From positions 675,741 through 739,740 of the forward strand of contig NW_027192199.1 in assembly GCF_041956535.1 (NCBI RefSeq): DNA of 64,000 bases, written 5' to 3'. The notes below the pieces were generated by a model. The model was not told the DNA's origin, made no database searches, and saw only the letters and a list, made by a program, of their open reading frames with translations. The stretch is from Calcarisporiella thermophila CBS 279.70 (lineage: Eukaryota > Fungi > Calcarisporiellomycota). The position numbers were made by a program, and so were the translations under genes. This document shows, piece by piece, positions 45,813 through 59,213 of this stretch; position 1 is the stretch's first letter; each line of letters opens with the position of its first letter.

Positions 45813-47811
45813 CTAGTAGTATGGGGGCGTCTTGCCCATCCTCCGCCTGTATATCATCTCGCGAATCTTGTGGCGCATGCGATAGAGGAAGAAACCAGCA
45901 CACCCAAAGACCACCAACAGCACCAGAACCACAATGAGGGCAATGGCCCAGGTTGGCAGGCCACGTCGGGTCGGCCGCGGTCCGAGGGTGACGCTTGCGT
46001 AGTAGGGAGGATTGGGGTTTGTCAGCGCTTGGTAGGCCAGGACTCCTTGGTATGCCTAAGCGAAAGAAGGATGGAAAATCAATTTAGCTTCAATGAGGCT
46101 TGGCAGCGGGAAAAGGAGGAGACGGTTTCAGGATAGTTACCGCGTTGTAGTCACAGGCGACCTCGCTTTGCCTATCGTTTTCACGGTCATCGTCATACCA
46201 CCCGTCCTCGCCTGGCCCCCCTACAAGCGCCCCTAGCAGCAGGTTTTTATTGGGGGCGGAGCTTCGAATGCGGCCGATGTCCCCAGCAAAACTGCCAGCA
46301 TGGTGGGGGTTCAGTGGGCTGTTTGGGTGGATTCCAACGACATATGGTGTGTTCATGGGGTTTTTGCCCATCACGTAATCCAGCTGTTATATAATAAAAG
46401 GAGACGTCGGGAGGGAGGAGTGAGTTTCCACGCACAACTCAAAAAGAGGCCTATGCCATGGCTTACCTGAGTCTGAACGAATGGGTAATATGTTTCGTTC
46501 TTATCCTTGTTCACTTGACTGGCATAGGTCAACATCAAAAAGGCGGTGTTCATCGGAGGCTGCAGCGAGTTCGACCCGGAGCTGTCACCACACCACATCA
46601 GCCCATCTCGCAAGGAGCACTTCTTGTCCGAGAACTTCACCTTGGCGTCGAGGTACTTTTCCGCCTCAAGCTTGTATTTGGCGGTAGCCGGGTCCACCCG
46701 GGCCCCTAGTACATACACGCCTCCCGTTTTATCGTCCCAATCCATGGGGTTGTTCTTGCCAGCCAGTTTTGCAGAAAATCGATCGAAATAGTCGGAGGCC
46801 TTCTGCTTGTAGGCTGTATCGTTCGTGGCACGGTAGAGCCAAAGAGCACCCCAGACAAGGTCGTCCTCGAATTGGCTCGACCCATAGGCTTCTTGAGAAT
46901 CTTTCGTGGGCAGAGAATTGTGGTAAAGCGCATACGGAGCAGTTTCAGCAAATTCAAAGAGCTCAATGGCGTGGTTTAGCAAGCTTTTGGAGTAATCCGC
47001 ATCGGTATTCTGGAACACTATTGACGAGGCCGCGAAAGCGGCGGCGGCAGAAGCAGCGGCATCTGTTCCGGGCTTGTCAGCGGTGATCTTATAAATCGGA
47101 CGAGGCTGTGGGATGTTGGTGTCATCGCCAAAGTAGTCGTGGTCACGTTTAAGGTCGCCCACCTGGACGTAGAGCTCGCTCTTAGTGGGGTGGGCCTTCT
47201 GCATCCAATCCATACCCCATCTAAGCATGTCGAGCACTGCGTTGTACTGGTTAGCGACTCTGTAGCCCTGTTCGAATTCAATCGCTCCCCATGATACAAT
47301 GGTGAGTGTGTAGGAGAGAGGGAACGTGAATTTAAGGTCTTTATGGAGCATGGAACAGGAAAACATATTAGTAATGAATGAGGACTGGGAAATCTAATCA
47401 GAAATCCTTACAATCACCAGCGTCATAATATCCGCCTGTTAAATCGGCACCTTCTCTCTTTCCATCATCGAGTGCGGAATCATGTCGCCTAAAGAGATCG
47501 ATGATGTCAGAGCATGTTTCAATATGGACAATATGACAAATGAACATTTACCATGGAACAGGGAAATTGGGGGGAAGCTTCCCACTCCGCTGAGCCATAT
47601 AAAAGTAGAGCGAAGAATTCAACAACTTGGCATACTCAGGATTAGGGATTCTAGCAGACGGGCCCTGGTTTTGTGGAGCATTAGGAGCTTGGGATGGCGA
47701 TGGTACGGAGGAGGAGCTTGGCTCCTGAGGGGTATCGGATTCGTCCTGCCCGTACGAGACGGACACGAAGAATGTTAGCAGCAGTGCGAGCAATAACCGC
47801 CTCAAGCGCAT
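45813..47811 (-). CDS. Glycoside hydrolase family 9 endoglucanase with signal peptide and C-terminal TM anchor
   Basis: LYFYMAQRSGKLP..DLTGGYYDAGD|YLKFTFP..YVQVGD..PHHAGS..GALVGGP..YDDDR..EVACDYNA; TM WAIALIVVLVLLVVFGCAGFFLY. Confidence 0.92.
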
Positions 47812-49513
47812 GATTGTGCAGGCGGATCGAGGGTGCTTGGGGAGGGCTTCAAGGAAAAGGGAAGATAAGTACCGGCTGTCTCGAGGAAATATCTCAAAAT
47901 ACAATCCCGGGCTCGGAGTTGTGTCTATTTTAAACCTTAAGTTACCAATAATTGGACCCACGGAAGCCAAGAGAAAGGCTGGGCGAATGGAACGTGCTCG
48001 ATATATGGAACTTGTACCATATACAGTTCTTTTACTCATCACCGGAAAAAAAGAGCAGGGCGGCCCTTGGAGAGCCCATTCGCTCCGCCGCATGCTCCTC
48101 AAAGCCTCATCTGCAGGTAATGCTTGCTCCTCGTATCAGGCTCAGTGACAGCTTGGGGGATGGGTGAGGGCCGCCTCCAATCCTATGCTTGGATACAAAC
48201 CCTCCAGCCTCCTTTGTGTGGCGTACCCAAATTTCAACCTAAAACACAACCTCTTGGTATTTTAAGATTTTAATTAAAAATTTAAGCCTCTATAAGAATT
48301 AGCGCTATCTCTACCCAATTCATCGTGATAGAATAGAGGGGCGTAGAATCGAGCAAGGCGTGTTCTTCTTGTTCATTTTCGACCAAATGGACGCCGTGCT
48401 TGAACTTTTGCGGCTACCTTTGGATGGATCAATAACTCGTGCTTTACTGACCCTCAAAAATCCTTTTTCAGCCGTGCATCGAACGGCGCGATCGCGAGGC
48501 AATGTGGAGGGGGGGGGGGCTTTCAGCCCATATTTTTTTTTGCTGCTTGGGGGCTTGGTCCCCTTCGCAATCTAGGAAGGAGCCCAAGGGTTTAGATTTT
48601 TGCCCATTCCTTGGCCGAGCTCGTTGGCGCTACAAGGACTAAGGTTAGGGTTGAATGAATCGCCGTGTCCAAGATTTTTCTTGGAAAGACCTGGATTCGA
48701 TGTCGATATTCTCGGGATTGTTGGTGAGGTTTTTTTCAACTACTGCACCCATGAGGATATCGTTGCTGTGGTCAGAAATAAAGGATTTCCTGGTTAGCAA
48801 AAAGATGCCTCAAATTCAGAGAAAGCCGGTGTTTAAGAAACAAGCAATTCACATCGTGACTTTAATGACAGTTATGCAGAATTTAATGTGCATGATGAAA
48901 ACTCTCCGCAATACTAACGGGTGGCAAAGGCTTTTGCCACCCGTTTTCAATACTTGTATTCGTCATCATCCTTGAATAAATCGGGCAGAGCATTCATTAA
49001 TTCATCTCATCTATTGAGTTGATAAGTTCCCATTTCCATCCCAGCTCGAGCTCAGGGACAGGTAGCTACGGGGTAAAGAAGAATGCGCTCCCATTTGGAT
49101 GTAGAGGAGAGATGTCATCGGAGAGCAATGTAAATGTTAAATCGATTACACATCGTTCTCCTTGGTGACGTGAAATTAAAACTGTATCAGGTGAAGCCGA
49201 TGACATCCCTGTTCGCTCTTGTCGTATTATGGGATAAATTCCTAGACCCATACCGAGGACGGGGAATGCCACGTCTCTTGAGAACATCCTCATGTTTGCT
49301 CCATGCCTCACTTGAATTTATATTATAAAATTTCAAAGGCGATAACTTTGGTTAGTAGATTGTTGCACCTATCAATAAAAATCTCTAATGACATTACAAT
49401 CACGATCATATATTTGCAAACAGAGTCTTGTTGAAATGGAGATGTCTATTAAAGCTAGATATTGAACACTAAAAAAAAAAAGTGCAATGCCAATTAACTT
49501 TCCAAGCCTAAAT

Positions 49514-50965
49514 TTAGTCCTCTTCTGACATCAGTTCAGCCAGTTCTCGTTCCTCTTCTTCGGTTAGACCGGTCTGGGATACCTCTTGTTCTTTCCTCTT
49601 TTCTCTTTGTTTTTGTGCCTCTTCTTCATTTTCCAGATATTTCTTCCGCCGCTCTTGCATCTCCCGGGCTAATATGCATCAATTGCAATGCGAAGTCAAT
49701 ACCACTCGTGATTTACTTGAGAATGCGACTACACTTACTTGTGATGGACCATTTTCTTACTGTACCATCCAAAGAGCCCGTATAGAGAAAAGTTCCAAAG
49801 ATTTGCATGCAGGATACCTCATCGAAATGGCCCTCTAACACGGTTACTAAGGCACCCGACTGGTAAAAAAGCCATGGGGAAAGATTGGTAACTGGTAAAA
49901 GAATAACGATGAATGAAGCGAGAGCTTACCCCTATGTCCCACACTCTAACATCACCATCGCTGCACCCCGTAAACACATAGGGCCCGGAAGTGACAACAC
50001 ATCGCGTATAATCTGGATGCTCGAGAGTCGTATCAGGCTTCTCTGTCTATTCAGATTGGCATCAATTAAAGCATACACGGAAATTGGCATGCTGGCCAGC
50101 CTCCCTCAGGAAATACAGCACCTCCACTCACCTCTAAATCCCACCGTAGCACCCTTTTATCTGCAGATGCACTCCACAAATCCTCCCCCTCCAGGTGTAC
50201 CCAGTAAACACTTGTGTCGTGGCCTTGTAGCACACTGCGCTCTTCTCCCGTTGCTGCATCCCAGCGGCGAATGTGTCTATCACTGGAGGCTGAAAAGAGC
50301 TGGCCGTCAGGATCCACGGCCATGCTCTCGATGCTTCGCGTATGACCCTTCAGTACACGTTCACACCGGTAGGTGGAGAGATTCCAGCAGCGAATGGTCG
50401 CGTCAGAAGAGCCACTGAAGAGGCCAAGTGTAGGGATGACGAGCAGAGATTTTACAAAATCAGCGTGTCCCTGGAGAATAGAGATGCATTCTTGTGTCTA
50501 TGGGTGGAGAGTGAATACCAGCGCAATTATATACAATAATCAATAGCTCGTACCTCTGCATTCCACACTCGGATTGTCTTATCCCACGAACCAGTAAATA
50601 GATAGGTTATATTGCCGCTTGTAAAGAGTGCCACACTTGTCACAGGGCCATTATGGCCTTTGTATATCTTTTGAGTTTTTCCTGTCTAAAATTACCAATT
50701 TTGATGATATAAAGCTACCTATTTTTTTGACAAATAGCCAATTCCATTTTTAAAACATTACCTCCAACTCGATTCTTTTGGCAACTGAACCACTCTCTGC
50801 AATGTAGGCTGCTCCAGGAACTACAAACATGGAGAGAACTTTGGTCGACATGCGGAATACAGCATCGCCTTTGTCATAATTAATTTTCGCGGCCCTTGCA
50901 GCGCGAACTTCTATATCACGGTCAGAAGCAAAAAAGCTGTCCGCTTTGGAGGAGATGTTGACCAT
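49514..50965 (-). CDS. WD40-repeat protein, multi-exon
   Basis: Repeated GH..WD units (GHNGPVTSV..LFTGSWDKTIRVW, GHADFVKSL, GHDTSVY, GHFDEVSC) and an acidic C-terminal tail EERELAELM. Confidence 0.85.
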
Positions 50966-51143
50966 GATGTAGATGCTATAGTTTGAAAAATTTACACAAC
51001 TTTAGTCTATAGAAGTATATAAGTATATAAGAAATATAAGTTCTATAGTTTTTTTTTTCAACCCGAAACTGTCACAAGCCACACAAAGGATTTTCATCCT
51101 CCCTCGAGGGACAAAGGGAACAAAGCTAGAATCTTAGATTATA

Positions 51144-52046
51144 ATGCCTCCATCACGGGGATTTTTGTCCCGTTGTTTATATCTTCTGTTCGCTGTTATC
51201 AGCTGTATCTTCTTAGCTCTTGCGGCCCCGCTTCCTGCCCCGCTTGAAGCTGAGCAAGATGGTGGCCAAGTGTATATTAGCTTGCCCGGCATTCTGCGAA
51301 ATCCTGCTGTTGCGCTCATCGGCGAACACTGCTACACGACACTCGTAGAGCAACTCCATCTCCTCGATTCTGCCTGTCTGCGTCATTCCTTGTCCAAAGG
51401 GCTTGGTATGGGCATTGTCGTTGGAAGTGCCATCGTCAAGGTGCCTCAGCTTCTTACCATCCTGAGACATGCGTCCGCCAGAGGAGTTTCATTCGCTTCA
51501 TGCGTGCTTGAAACCCTGGCTTACGGAATCACGCTGTTTTACAATGTTCGGATGGGCTATCCTTTCAGCACGTACGGAGAAGTTCTGTTTTTGACGATGC
51601 AGAACGCAGCCATAGCGATGATGATCTTATGGTTTGAGGAGTTGAAGCCCCGCCGGTCCAATGCAAGGATGAAGCTGGCCGCAACCTTTGTGGGGATGTT
51701 TGTGGTTGCGCAGATTCTTTCCTGGATTTCCTCCGGTGTGCTGACGGTGCTTCAAGCCACGAGCATTCCGATCACGCTGGCATCCAAAGTGCCCCAGATT
51801 TGGGCGAACTGGAAGAATGCCGGCACGGGGCGGCTCTCTGCCCTAACCGTCTTCGCCTTTTTTGCTGGCACCAGTGCGCGTGTGTTTACCACTCTGACGG
51901 AGCTGGATGATCCACTGGTGCTCTTTGGCAACGCAAGCGCTGCAGCGCTCAATGGCGTGCTCGTGTTGCAAGTGATCTACTACAACTGGCGATGGGAGGA
52001 TGTGAGCCAGCTCTTAACCAAGCGGCTCGACGAAAAGGCGGATTAG
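51144..52046 (+). CDS. MPDU1: MPDU1/Lec35-like PQ-loop protein
   Basis: CLRHSLSKGLGMGIVVGSAIVKVPQ..YPFSTYGE..SKVPQIWANWKNAGTGRLS..ARVFTTLTE. Confidence 0.9.
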   Translation: MPPSRGFLSRCLYLLFAVISCIFLALAAPLPAPLEAEQDGGQVYISLPGILRNPAVALIGEHCYTTLVEQLHLLDSACLRHSLSKGLGMGIVVGSAIVKVPQLLTILRHASARGVSFASCVLETLAYGITLFYNVRMGYPFSTYGEVLFLTMQNAAIAMMILWFEELKPRRSNARMKLAATFVGMFVVAQILSWISSGVLTVLQATSIPITLASKVPQIWANWKNAGTGRLSALTVFAFFAGTSARVFTTLTELDDPLVLFGNASAAALNGVLVLQVIYYNWRWEDVSQLLTKRLDEKAD

Positions 52047-52464
52047 CATTGGAAATGGGTTCTTTTTTATACCCCTCTAGTACCTATGGATAGGATGATG
52101 ATGGACGGGATTTCTCTATTTGTATGCTTTCATGTATATATATCTCTAGAAACTCTATTTATTTTTAATTTAGACGGCAGGATATCAATAGTCAATAAAT
52201 AAAAACGCCTTTTTTTATTATTGCTAAAGAGTAAGAGTGCAAATAAAAAGCATAGGATAGAAAATTACGACTAATCAATATTGGGAAAAAAAAGAGAAGA
52301 AAAGGATGCAAAAAGAGAGTAAAAAGACAATTCAGGTTTTATATTTACAAAAATACTCCATTTATCACAAAAGTTCTGGATCGTAAAAGACAAAGAGTAT
52401 ATGTATATATAAATATATATATCCTCCTGGTTCGCACCGACTTGGGGGGAGGGGGGGCTACCAA

Positions 52465-53460
52465 CTATCCCAAGACGGACGAGTGTCGACGTTTCCCCGT
52501 TAGACTTCCGTTGAGGGGCGAAGACCCGCACGCCTCCTCTTGCTTCCAGTGCCGCTTAAGCGCATCCGATCTCATAAAGCCCTTCTGACAAGCTCCGCAG
52601 ACAAACGGACGGTCGCCCGTGTGCAATCTCATGTGGCGGTGAAGGTCGTGCTTGCGCGAGAAAGTCCTCTGGCAGGTGGTGCAGTCAAAGGGTTGCCTTG
52701 TAAGATGGGAGCGCAGGTGGGCCCGGAGGTTGTGTGCTCGTTGAAATGTTCGCTCACAGCCGGGATGTGGGCAAGGGTGTAGCGTGGTCGGGGCAGAGAA
52801 ACGTCGGGCGTATCGGGCAGGGGCGGCAGAGGCCTTGACATGGCTTGGGATGGCAGAGGGATAGGAGAGGGAGGGTGGGGGAGGAGGCGGGGTGTTAGAC
52901 GGCGTGGAGAGGTTGGGTGTGACAGGCGCAGTGGTTGGGATAAGGTGAGAGGAGCTTGGGAGGAGGGAAGCTTCCGGCACGGTGGCAAGCGGGAAGAACT
53001 CCCAGCCAGAGGGAACGGGTAACTGTTGGCATTTGTGCAGCTCCGTGGGGGGCGCGGGGGCGTGAGCAGGGGCTGGGGCAGGAGCGGTGGGAGCGACTTG
53101 CGCTTCCTCTAAGGCGGGCATGAAATTGGCCAGCATGAACATCATCTCCGGGGACGTGCTTGTGGGTAACACAAGATTGTCGAAGCTGGGAGAAGGGGGG
53201 AAAAGCAAGGGCTGGGTGGGAGGAGTCAACAGTTCGAACCCGTCGAACTTCGGCTGCTCCTCGTCCACCTTCTTGTTTCCCATTGTGGCTGCGGCTGCGG
53301 CCGCTGCGGCCGCGGCGGTCCTATTATCGTGAATCATTCCGATGTCGGTCCATGCCGGGCTCGGGAACTCAAATGTGGATAGATTCTCTTGGTCGACTAG
53401 AGAGGGGGGTGCAAATAACGGCGGAGGCATAGAGTCCTGTTCCATAGCTAGCGGGTGCAT
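52465..53460 (-). CDS. C2H2 zinc-finger transcription factor (3 fingers, Crz1-like finger array)
   Basis: CPHPGCERTFQRAHNLRAHLRSH..CTTCQRTFSRKHDLHRHMRLHTGDRPFVCGACQKGFMRSDALKRH. First ATG at 53460. Confidence 0.88.
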   Translation of the reverse strand: MHPLAMEQDSMPPPLFAPPSLVDQENLSTFEFPSPAWTDIGMIHDNRTAAAAAAAAAATMGNKKVDEEQPKFDGFELLTPPTQPLLFPPSPSFDNLVLPTSTSPEMMFMLANFMPALEEAQVAPTAPAPAPAHAPAPPTELHKCQQLPVPSGWEFFPLATVPEASLLPSSSHLIPTTAPVTPNLSTPSNTPPPPPPSLSYPSAIPSHVKASAAPARYARRFSAPTTLHPCPHPGCERTFQRAHNLRAHLRSHLTRQPFDCTTCQRTFSRKHDLHRHMRLHTGDRPFVCGACQKGFMRSDALKRHWKQEEACGSSPLNGSLTGKRRHSSVLG

Positions 53461-56400
53461 AGAGATTTCCAAGCGGTAGATATAATGTAACAAATAGAGT
53501 ATAGGTTGGAGAGTGGAGGATGGAGGTGAGGGGGGAGGGGGATGCAAGTTCAGGCTATAAAAGAAGACATAAAATGGCTAAAGAGAAATTCTGCTGTCCC
53601 GGGGGCTGGATCGATTCGTGGGGAACTTTGCTAATAAAAAGCCTCTCGTTTTCTTTCGAAAGGGATCCCCCTTTAAATTTAAGGAAACGAAAATTAAAGT
53701 GGGTAGCAAGGGGAAAAAAAAAAGAAAAACTGAGGAAAAAAAAAGGTTTCGCAGACTTAACAGCAGCTGACTTTTTATATCAAGACTTTCAGGTGAACAT
53801 GTCAAAATCGAACTTATGATTAATATCGAAAAACGAGGGAACCGCCGAATTGTCTCGAACTTTTTTTTTCCCATATGGAACCCAATTAAATTTGCACGCA
53901 AAACTGCAATCCGTTTTTTTTTTATCGCGCGGTTATTTTCTTTTTCAAGGTTTGACAGCAATATTAATGCGCTATAGGCTAAAATTACTAATTATGAGGC
54001 AGTGCAAATAAATAAGAAAAATACTCTAACATTACCTCATAAGCACCAATATAATACAACGGAATGTCCTCCCCCACCACTCTATACAATACATCACAAA
54101 ACAAAGCAATAGTACAATACGGAAAGGCCGGGTTGAGAGAGGTCGATAAAGGCGGTGAAAATTCTTTATGGGGGGACAGGCATTAGTATTGGTTAACCTC
54201 TTTTTGCTGACCATGTTAACCCCCTATTTGTTCCTTGTCAAAGCGCTCATTTACTTTCCCACAGATAGTATTCTATTTTTTCCTTTTTTCCAACCCCGTT
54301 TCCCCACTATTCAAAGCCAACGTCAGTAGAAAGAGGAGGGGATGATCGATGGTTCAATATTGCACTAGGTTGAGCTGACTTTCTTGGTGAATTTTTTTTT
54401 TTTTCGTTTTTTTAGAAGCAAGTTCAATAGAAGTTTCGAAACTGGATGCTGACCTATGATCAGAAACATAGTTATTAATCATTGATTGCCGGAATGGATG
54501 AGCATTTTCTGAGCCTTTTACGCAATCCTTAACTTATTCTACTCTCCCTTTCGGGCAATTATGGCCTCTAATTTTTGTGGATCATAACGGGTCCTCAGCT
54601 CAGACCCAGCTTTGCTTATCTATATTGTAAAAAAATTGAAAATCTCGTGCACTGACTGTCTTTTTTTTCCTCTCGTGTAAAAATCGAAATAAAAGAGGAA
54701 AAAAAAAGTGCAACAGTTTGACATCCCGCAATTGAATAGCCGCCTTCACCGTTCTAATTGTTATTTTGCTCGGTTTCAAACTTGCGATGACCTCTCTTGC
54801 GATGGAAGGGGATTCTTCAGAGAGAGGGAGGGTGAAAGGTTTCATAGGACGTGGGCCTGCATCGGATTGGGAAGAGAAACTGTCAGTGGCAAATGGGTAT
54901 GAGGCCGCTGACTGATTATGCGCTCATTAATAATGCCGTGCCCTAAACTGGGGGAGAGTTGAGCCCCCCGTTTTCCTCATTCTCACTGTTTTATCCGAAC
55001 TTTGTCTCGCCCCCTTATTAATTGAAACCGTTCATCCTCAGCTGATACAATCTCCGAGGCTGCTGAGTGCATTCGATTTTGTTTGTTTCACACTGTCATA
55101 GGTAGCGCAAGCAAAACTTTGTAGAGAGGAGGGGCAGACAGCTGGCGACCAGCCTGGCTCCCTCCGTCTCAGGACACGCGAATGCTTAGAATAGTATGCA
55201 CTTGCTGACTTTTCGGTGGGGAGAGGAAGGAGGGTTCCCGATGCACTTATGGCAATGAAACCACCATCTCTAGCTTAAGGGGACCGGTCGACCACCGAAT
55301 TCGGTGCCGATGGCCAAATCAAACATTTGGCTTGAAGTCAAGAGAAACAAAACAGCTCCAGGATCCTAATTAAATTAAATTCTCTTTTCTATCCAAACTC
55401 CATCCCAAACTCTCCTTTTGCATTCCTTAAGTCGGGGAATCATAGGGCCCATTGTCCTCTAGAGGACGAACCTTTTTTTGAAATTTTTATGCTTGTTCGT
55501 CATTCCTTTGCTTTAATTTTAGTCTGTGGCACGAGCACGTTAAGTTAGCGAGAGGAGTTCCCTCGGCCCACTTCTCCGAAGTTTTGTTAAGTATGCTCTG
55601 TGACGCGGCTTTTCGGATGTACCCAGCCCTTCCCCAAACACTCGAGGTCGCGCTATCCTCAGATGACCTTGGTGGGGTAAAGGCGAGATGACCCGCTTTA
55701 TTGAGTAATCGCGCGTCCTATGGTCAGATTAGAGTTTGCATTCCGCGTCGCACTTTCTCTACATAAGATGTGCTTTATCAGCATCATTTCGGCACCTCAT
55801 AGGGGGAGAGGGGAAACGAGGCGAGGAGGGAGGGGCTAGAAACTCTAATGGTAAGCAGAGCGAGGATTCGTGCCTCCGTAAATTAGTGAGACCTTCGCTC
55901 TGTTGAAGAAGACGAGAAGATTCAATAGGCCTAACCATGCTGGAAAGGATGCAAGTTGCACGTAGACTTTCTTAATTGACACACACAGCAACTCTCGGTA
56001 CCTTCGGATGTAGCACCAGGCTGTCTAGCTTTAGTGGATGGAACAAGAGAAATAGTGTGAAAATAAAGGCAGAGGATAAATTAAAACAATATGATAGCCT
56101 GGCTTCGAGTGAAGGAGAGACGGGACGTTCATTTGCTCTTCCAAAAATCCCCTCACCGAAGGTCTTACTTGGAAGGGATTTTTCCGTGTTGAATAATCAA
56201 TCCTATTTATGAAAATGACCAATGGATGGTCATAGTCTGGTCCCCACGCCCTCTTTTCTATCCACGGTCATTCCTTTCTTACGAAAGAATTACTACTATC
56301 TTTGGAAGAGGGGAAGGGATGTAGGGGATAAGGATTAAGTAATGAATTTGAAGCCCAGTCTATGGAGTGGGTTTGAGCCGCAAGTCTGAATTAGAATCTA

Positions 56401-56651
56401 GTATTTTTTTTTCATATAGAGCAAGGCGAACAAACCAACCAATTTCGGTGCATTTGGATGATAAGGATCGTTGACATTTGGTTTCTGAATTAAGAAGGGA
56501 GCAAAGTTGTTTCAGAAATATTTCATACCAGGGGAAGAAGTAGAGTATTAGGTTTGATGGGATTAAATATCAACCAAATGCCTTAGAGGATCGCCACAGG
56601 CGGCGTCTTCCGCCTTATAATGATCTCAACCACTTGCTTGTTAACACAAGC

Positions 56652-56684
56652 AATATATATATATATATATATATACATACATAC
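56652..56684. repeat. (TA)n/(TACA)n microsatellite
   Basis: atatatatatatatatatatatatacatacataca. Confidence 0.9.
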
Positions 56685-56722
56685 AAGAGGGAAGAGCTTA
56701 GTCTTTTAAAAAGAGTATTTTG

Positions 56723-58626
56723 ATGGTGAGATTGACTTATATTCAACGCCTCCAATACTTCATCGGTGGACCCGATTTTATTTGCTTACTTTTCCAAATA
56801 GGCAAGCCCAAACACCTCCTCTGAAAGATACACGATTCTCCAACGAGTCGGTTCTGGTTCGTTTGGAACCGTTTTCAAGGCCTTCGACACGAGAACACGA
56901 CAAGTGGTGGCAGTCAAGATGATCGATCTCGAGGAGTCAGAGGATGATATCGGTGAGATACAGCGTGAGATTGCAATGCTGTCGCAGTGCCGCTCACCGT
57001 ACATTGTTGACTACTACGAGTCGTTTGTGAAACACCACCAGCTGTGGATAGTGATGGAGTTTATGGGAGGCGGCTCTTGTTTGGATCTAGTAGGTTGACG
57101 AAAATGTCTAGTCTGTCGGTTTTGTCTCCTTCTGGACCATTCATTCCCTCTTCTATTTTCGATTCTATTTTAAGCTGGGACAAGGAGCCTTTTGCGAGGC
57201 CCAAATAGCGGTTATCTTACGCTCGATTCTCCTGGGCCTCGATTATCTCCACTCACAGGGAAAATTGCATCGTGATGTGAAAGCAGCCAATGTGCTGTTA
57301 TCCACTGATGGGAGAGTGAAGTTGGGTAAGCGGATTGTACTTTCATTGAATCTACACCTCTTTTTTATTTTTAACTCTCTTGGTTGTGATGATTGTTTTT
57401 TTTTAAACTCTGATTCATATTTTTTTTTTTCTGGCTGTTATGAGACAGCCGATTTCAGCGTTGCATCGCAACTATCGAGTCAGAAGAGTCGCCGGAGTAC
57501 TATGGTCGGCACACCGGTAAGACTGCTCCCTTTTTTCTGTTTCAATCCTCTATTTTCTATCTTGTTTCTCAACATGGACGATGGGAGTTAGCTCTGGATG
57601 GCGCCGGAGGTAATTTGCCGTTCAGGTTATAATTCATCCGCAGATATCTGGTCCTTGGGCATCATGGCGATTGAGCTGGCGCATGGCGTCCCACCTTTCT
57701 CAGGAAGCGACCATCACCCGCTCAAGGTCCTCCATGCAATTGTCCACTCTCCTCCCCCTACACTGGAGGGCAAGTTTTCGCGAGAATTCAAGGAATTTGT
57801 TGCACTTTGTCTCGCCAAAAAATCCAAAAAGGTAAGAGGCATCTACGCAAGGATTTGTAGGTGATGTATTTCTTATTTTTGTATTGACACACTTGGTGCA
57901 GCGGCCAACGGCAAGGCAGCTCCTTTCGCATCGGTTTATCACGCAGGCAAACAAGCCAGCCATTCTACAAGAGCTTATTGAACGAGCTTCTTTGCAGGGA
58001 ATGGAAGCCAATTGGAAGGATAGTTTGTATGAGAGCAGTATCAAGTAATGCGCCTAGGCGTTATCATTTTAAGATGGTTTGAAATTTAAAACTGGAATTC
58101 TACTGCAATACAGTGGCTATTTCGACTCCACTTGGGATTTCACCGCTTCTGCAAAGCAATCGGCCTCTAATCCCAACAGCCCCAAGGTTCCAAAAATTCA
58201 CAGACCAACTGCCAAGCTTGTCCTCGAGAGCTTTCCTTCATTGCCTGGCGGAAGTGTCTCATTGAAGATGAGTAAAATTAATTCTATCAGCTCAGGAAGT
58301 CTCTCTGAAGAGCTCGAACTAGCAGCAGGGGATGAGGAGGTCGAGACAGGCAAGCGGCTTGTGGAGGAGGTGCTGTTCCCAGTGATAAGCAAGGTGAGTT
58401 AGAGCCATCTCAAAGAACTCCTCCCTATTCCAAAAGGAAGGGCTAAGATGAATCCATATGTAATTAGATGCAATGTGAAGAATGGACAGGCGGTTCATCC
58501 GATGGTTTTGTGCTGGTAAAGCGAGGGATGCAAGTGCTCCATGAGTCGGATCCCAGAATAGTCTATCGGATGGCTTGTAGTATTGCCGAGAAAATGGGCG
58601 AGCAGGGCTTTGTCACGTTCGTGTGA
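56723..58626 (+). CDS. Ste20-family GCK (GCKIII/Sid1-like) kinase, multi-exon; first coding exon is ATG only
   Basis: ATG|gtgag..ag|[68 protein letters not shown]|LWMAPEVI; C-terminal helical segment [16 protein letters not shown]. Confidence 0.88.
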
Positions 58627-59213
58627 CTGTGAATGACAGTCTGTGGGGATGCATATGAAAAAGATCAGTGTGAAACTCAAATTTCTGATGTCGCCAACAC
58701 CGTTAATTAAAGGAAATGGCATCCCGGGCGAGAAACCTGGGGTCTGCCTTTATTTGTTAGCTTGTACTCTTGATTCTGGGCATTTTAGTTTTTGATAGTG
58801 GGATTTTGGGGGAGATTACGCTCAAATGGTCTTATCGCTTCCCCCCCCCTTTGCATCCGGAAATCTCGCTTCGGGGTTGTCAAAGGACAATATCGCCGAC
58901 CTGCAATAGAAAACTGGCTCTTTCTCATCTGTCATCTATTGCAATTAATAGGATCCCTTCCGGATATTGTTTTCCTTCCAATTCCACTTATTATATTTAA
59001 TAAGAGTTGAAAAAAACAGCAGCGTCAACAAAGCTTCTCACACAGCCGGATGCGACTTTAGCAAATAATTAAAGTTTCTCTCTCCTCCTTTTTTCTTGCT
59101 ATTCTTCTCTGTTCTTCTCGCCTTCATTCAAACTTTTCTTATCTACTTTTTTTGCTGTTTTTCTGTCATTTCAGTAGTACGCCGGCTATAGAATCCACAC
59201 CGACGCCATCAAC

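Noticed and set aside
5294-58626. STRIPAK 'cluster' of Mob4 and a GCKIII kinase
   Set aside because: They are 50 kb apart with many unrelated genes between them; likely coincidence.
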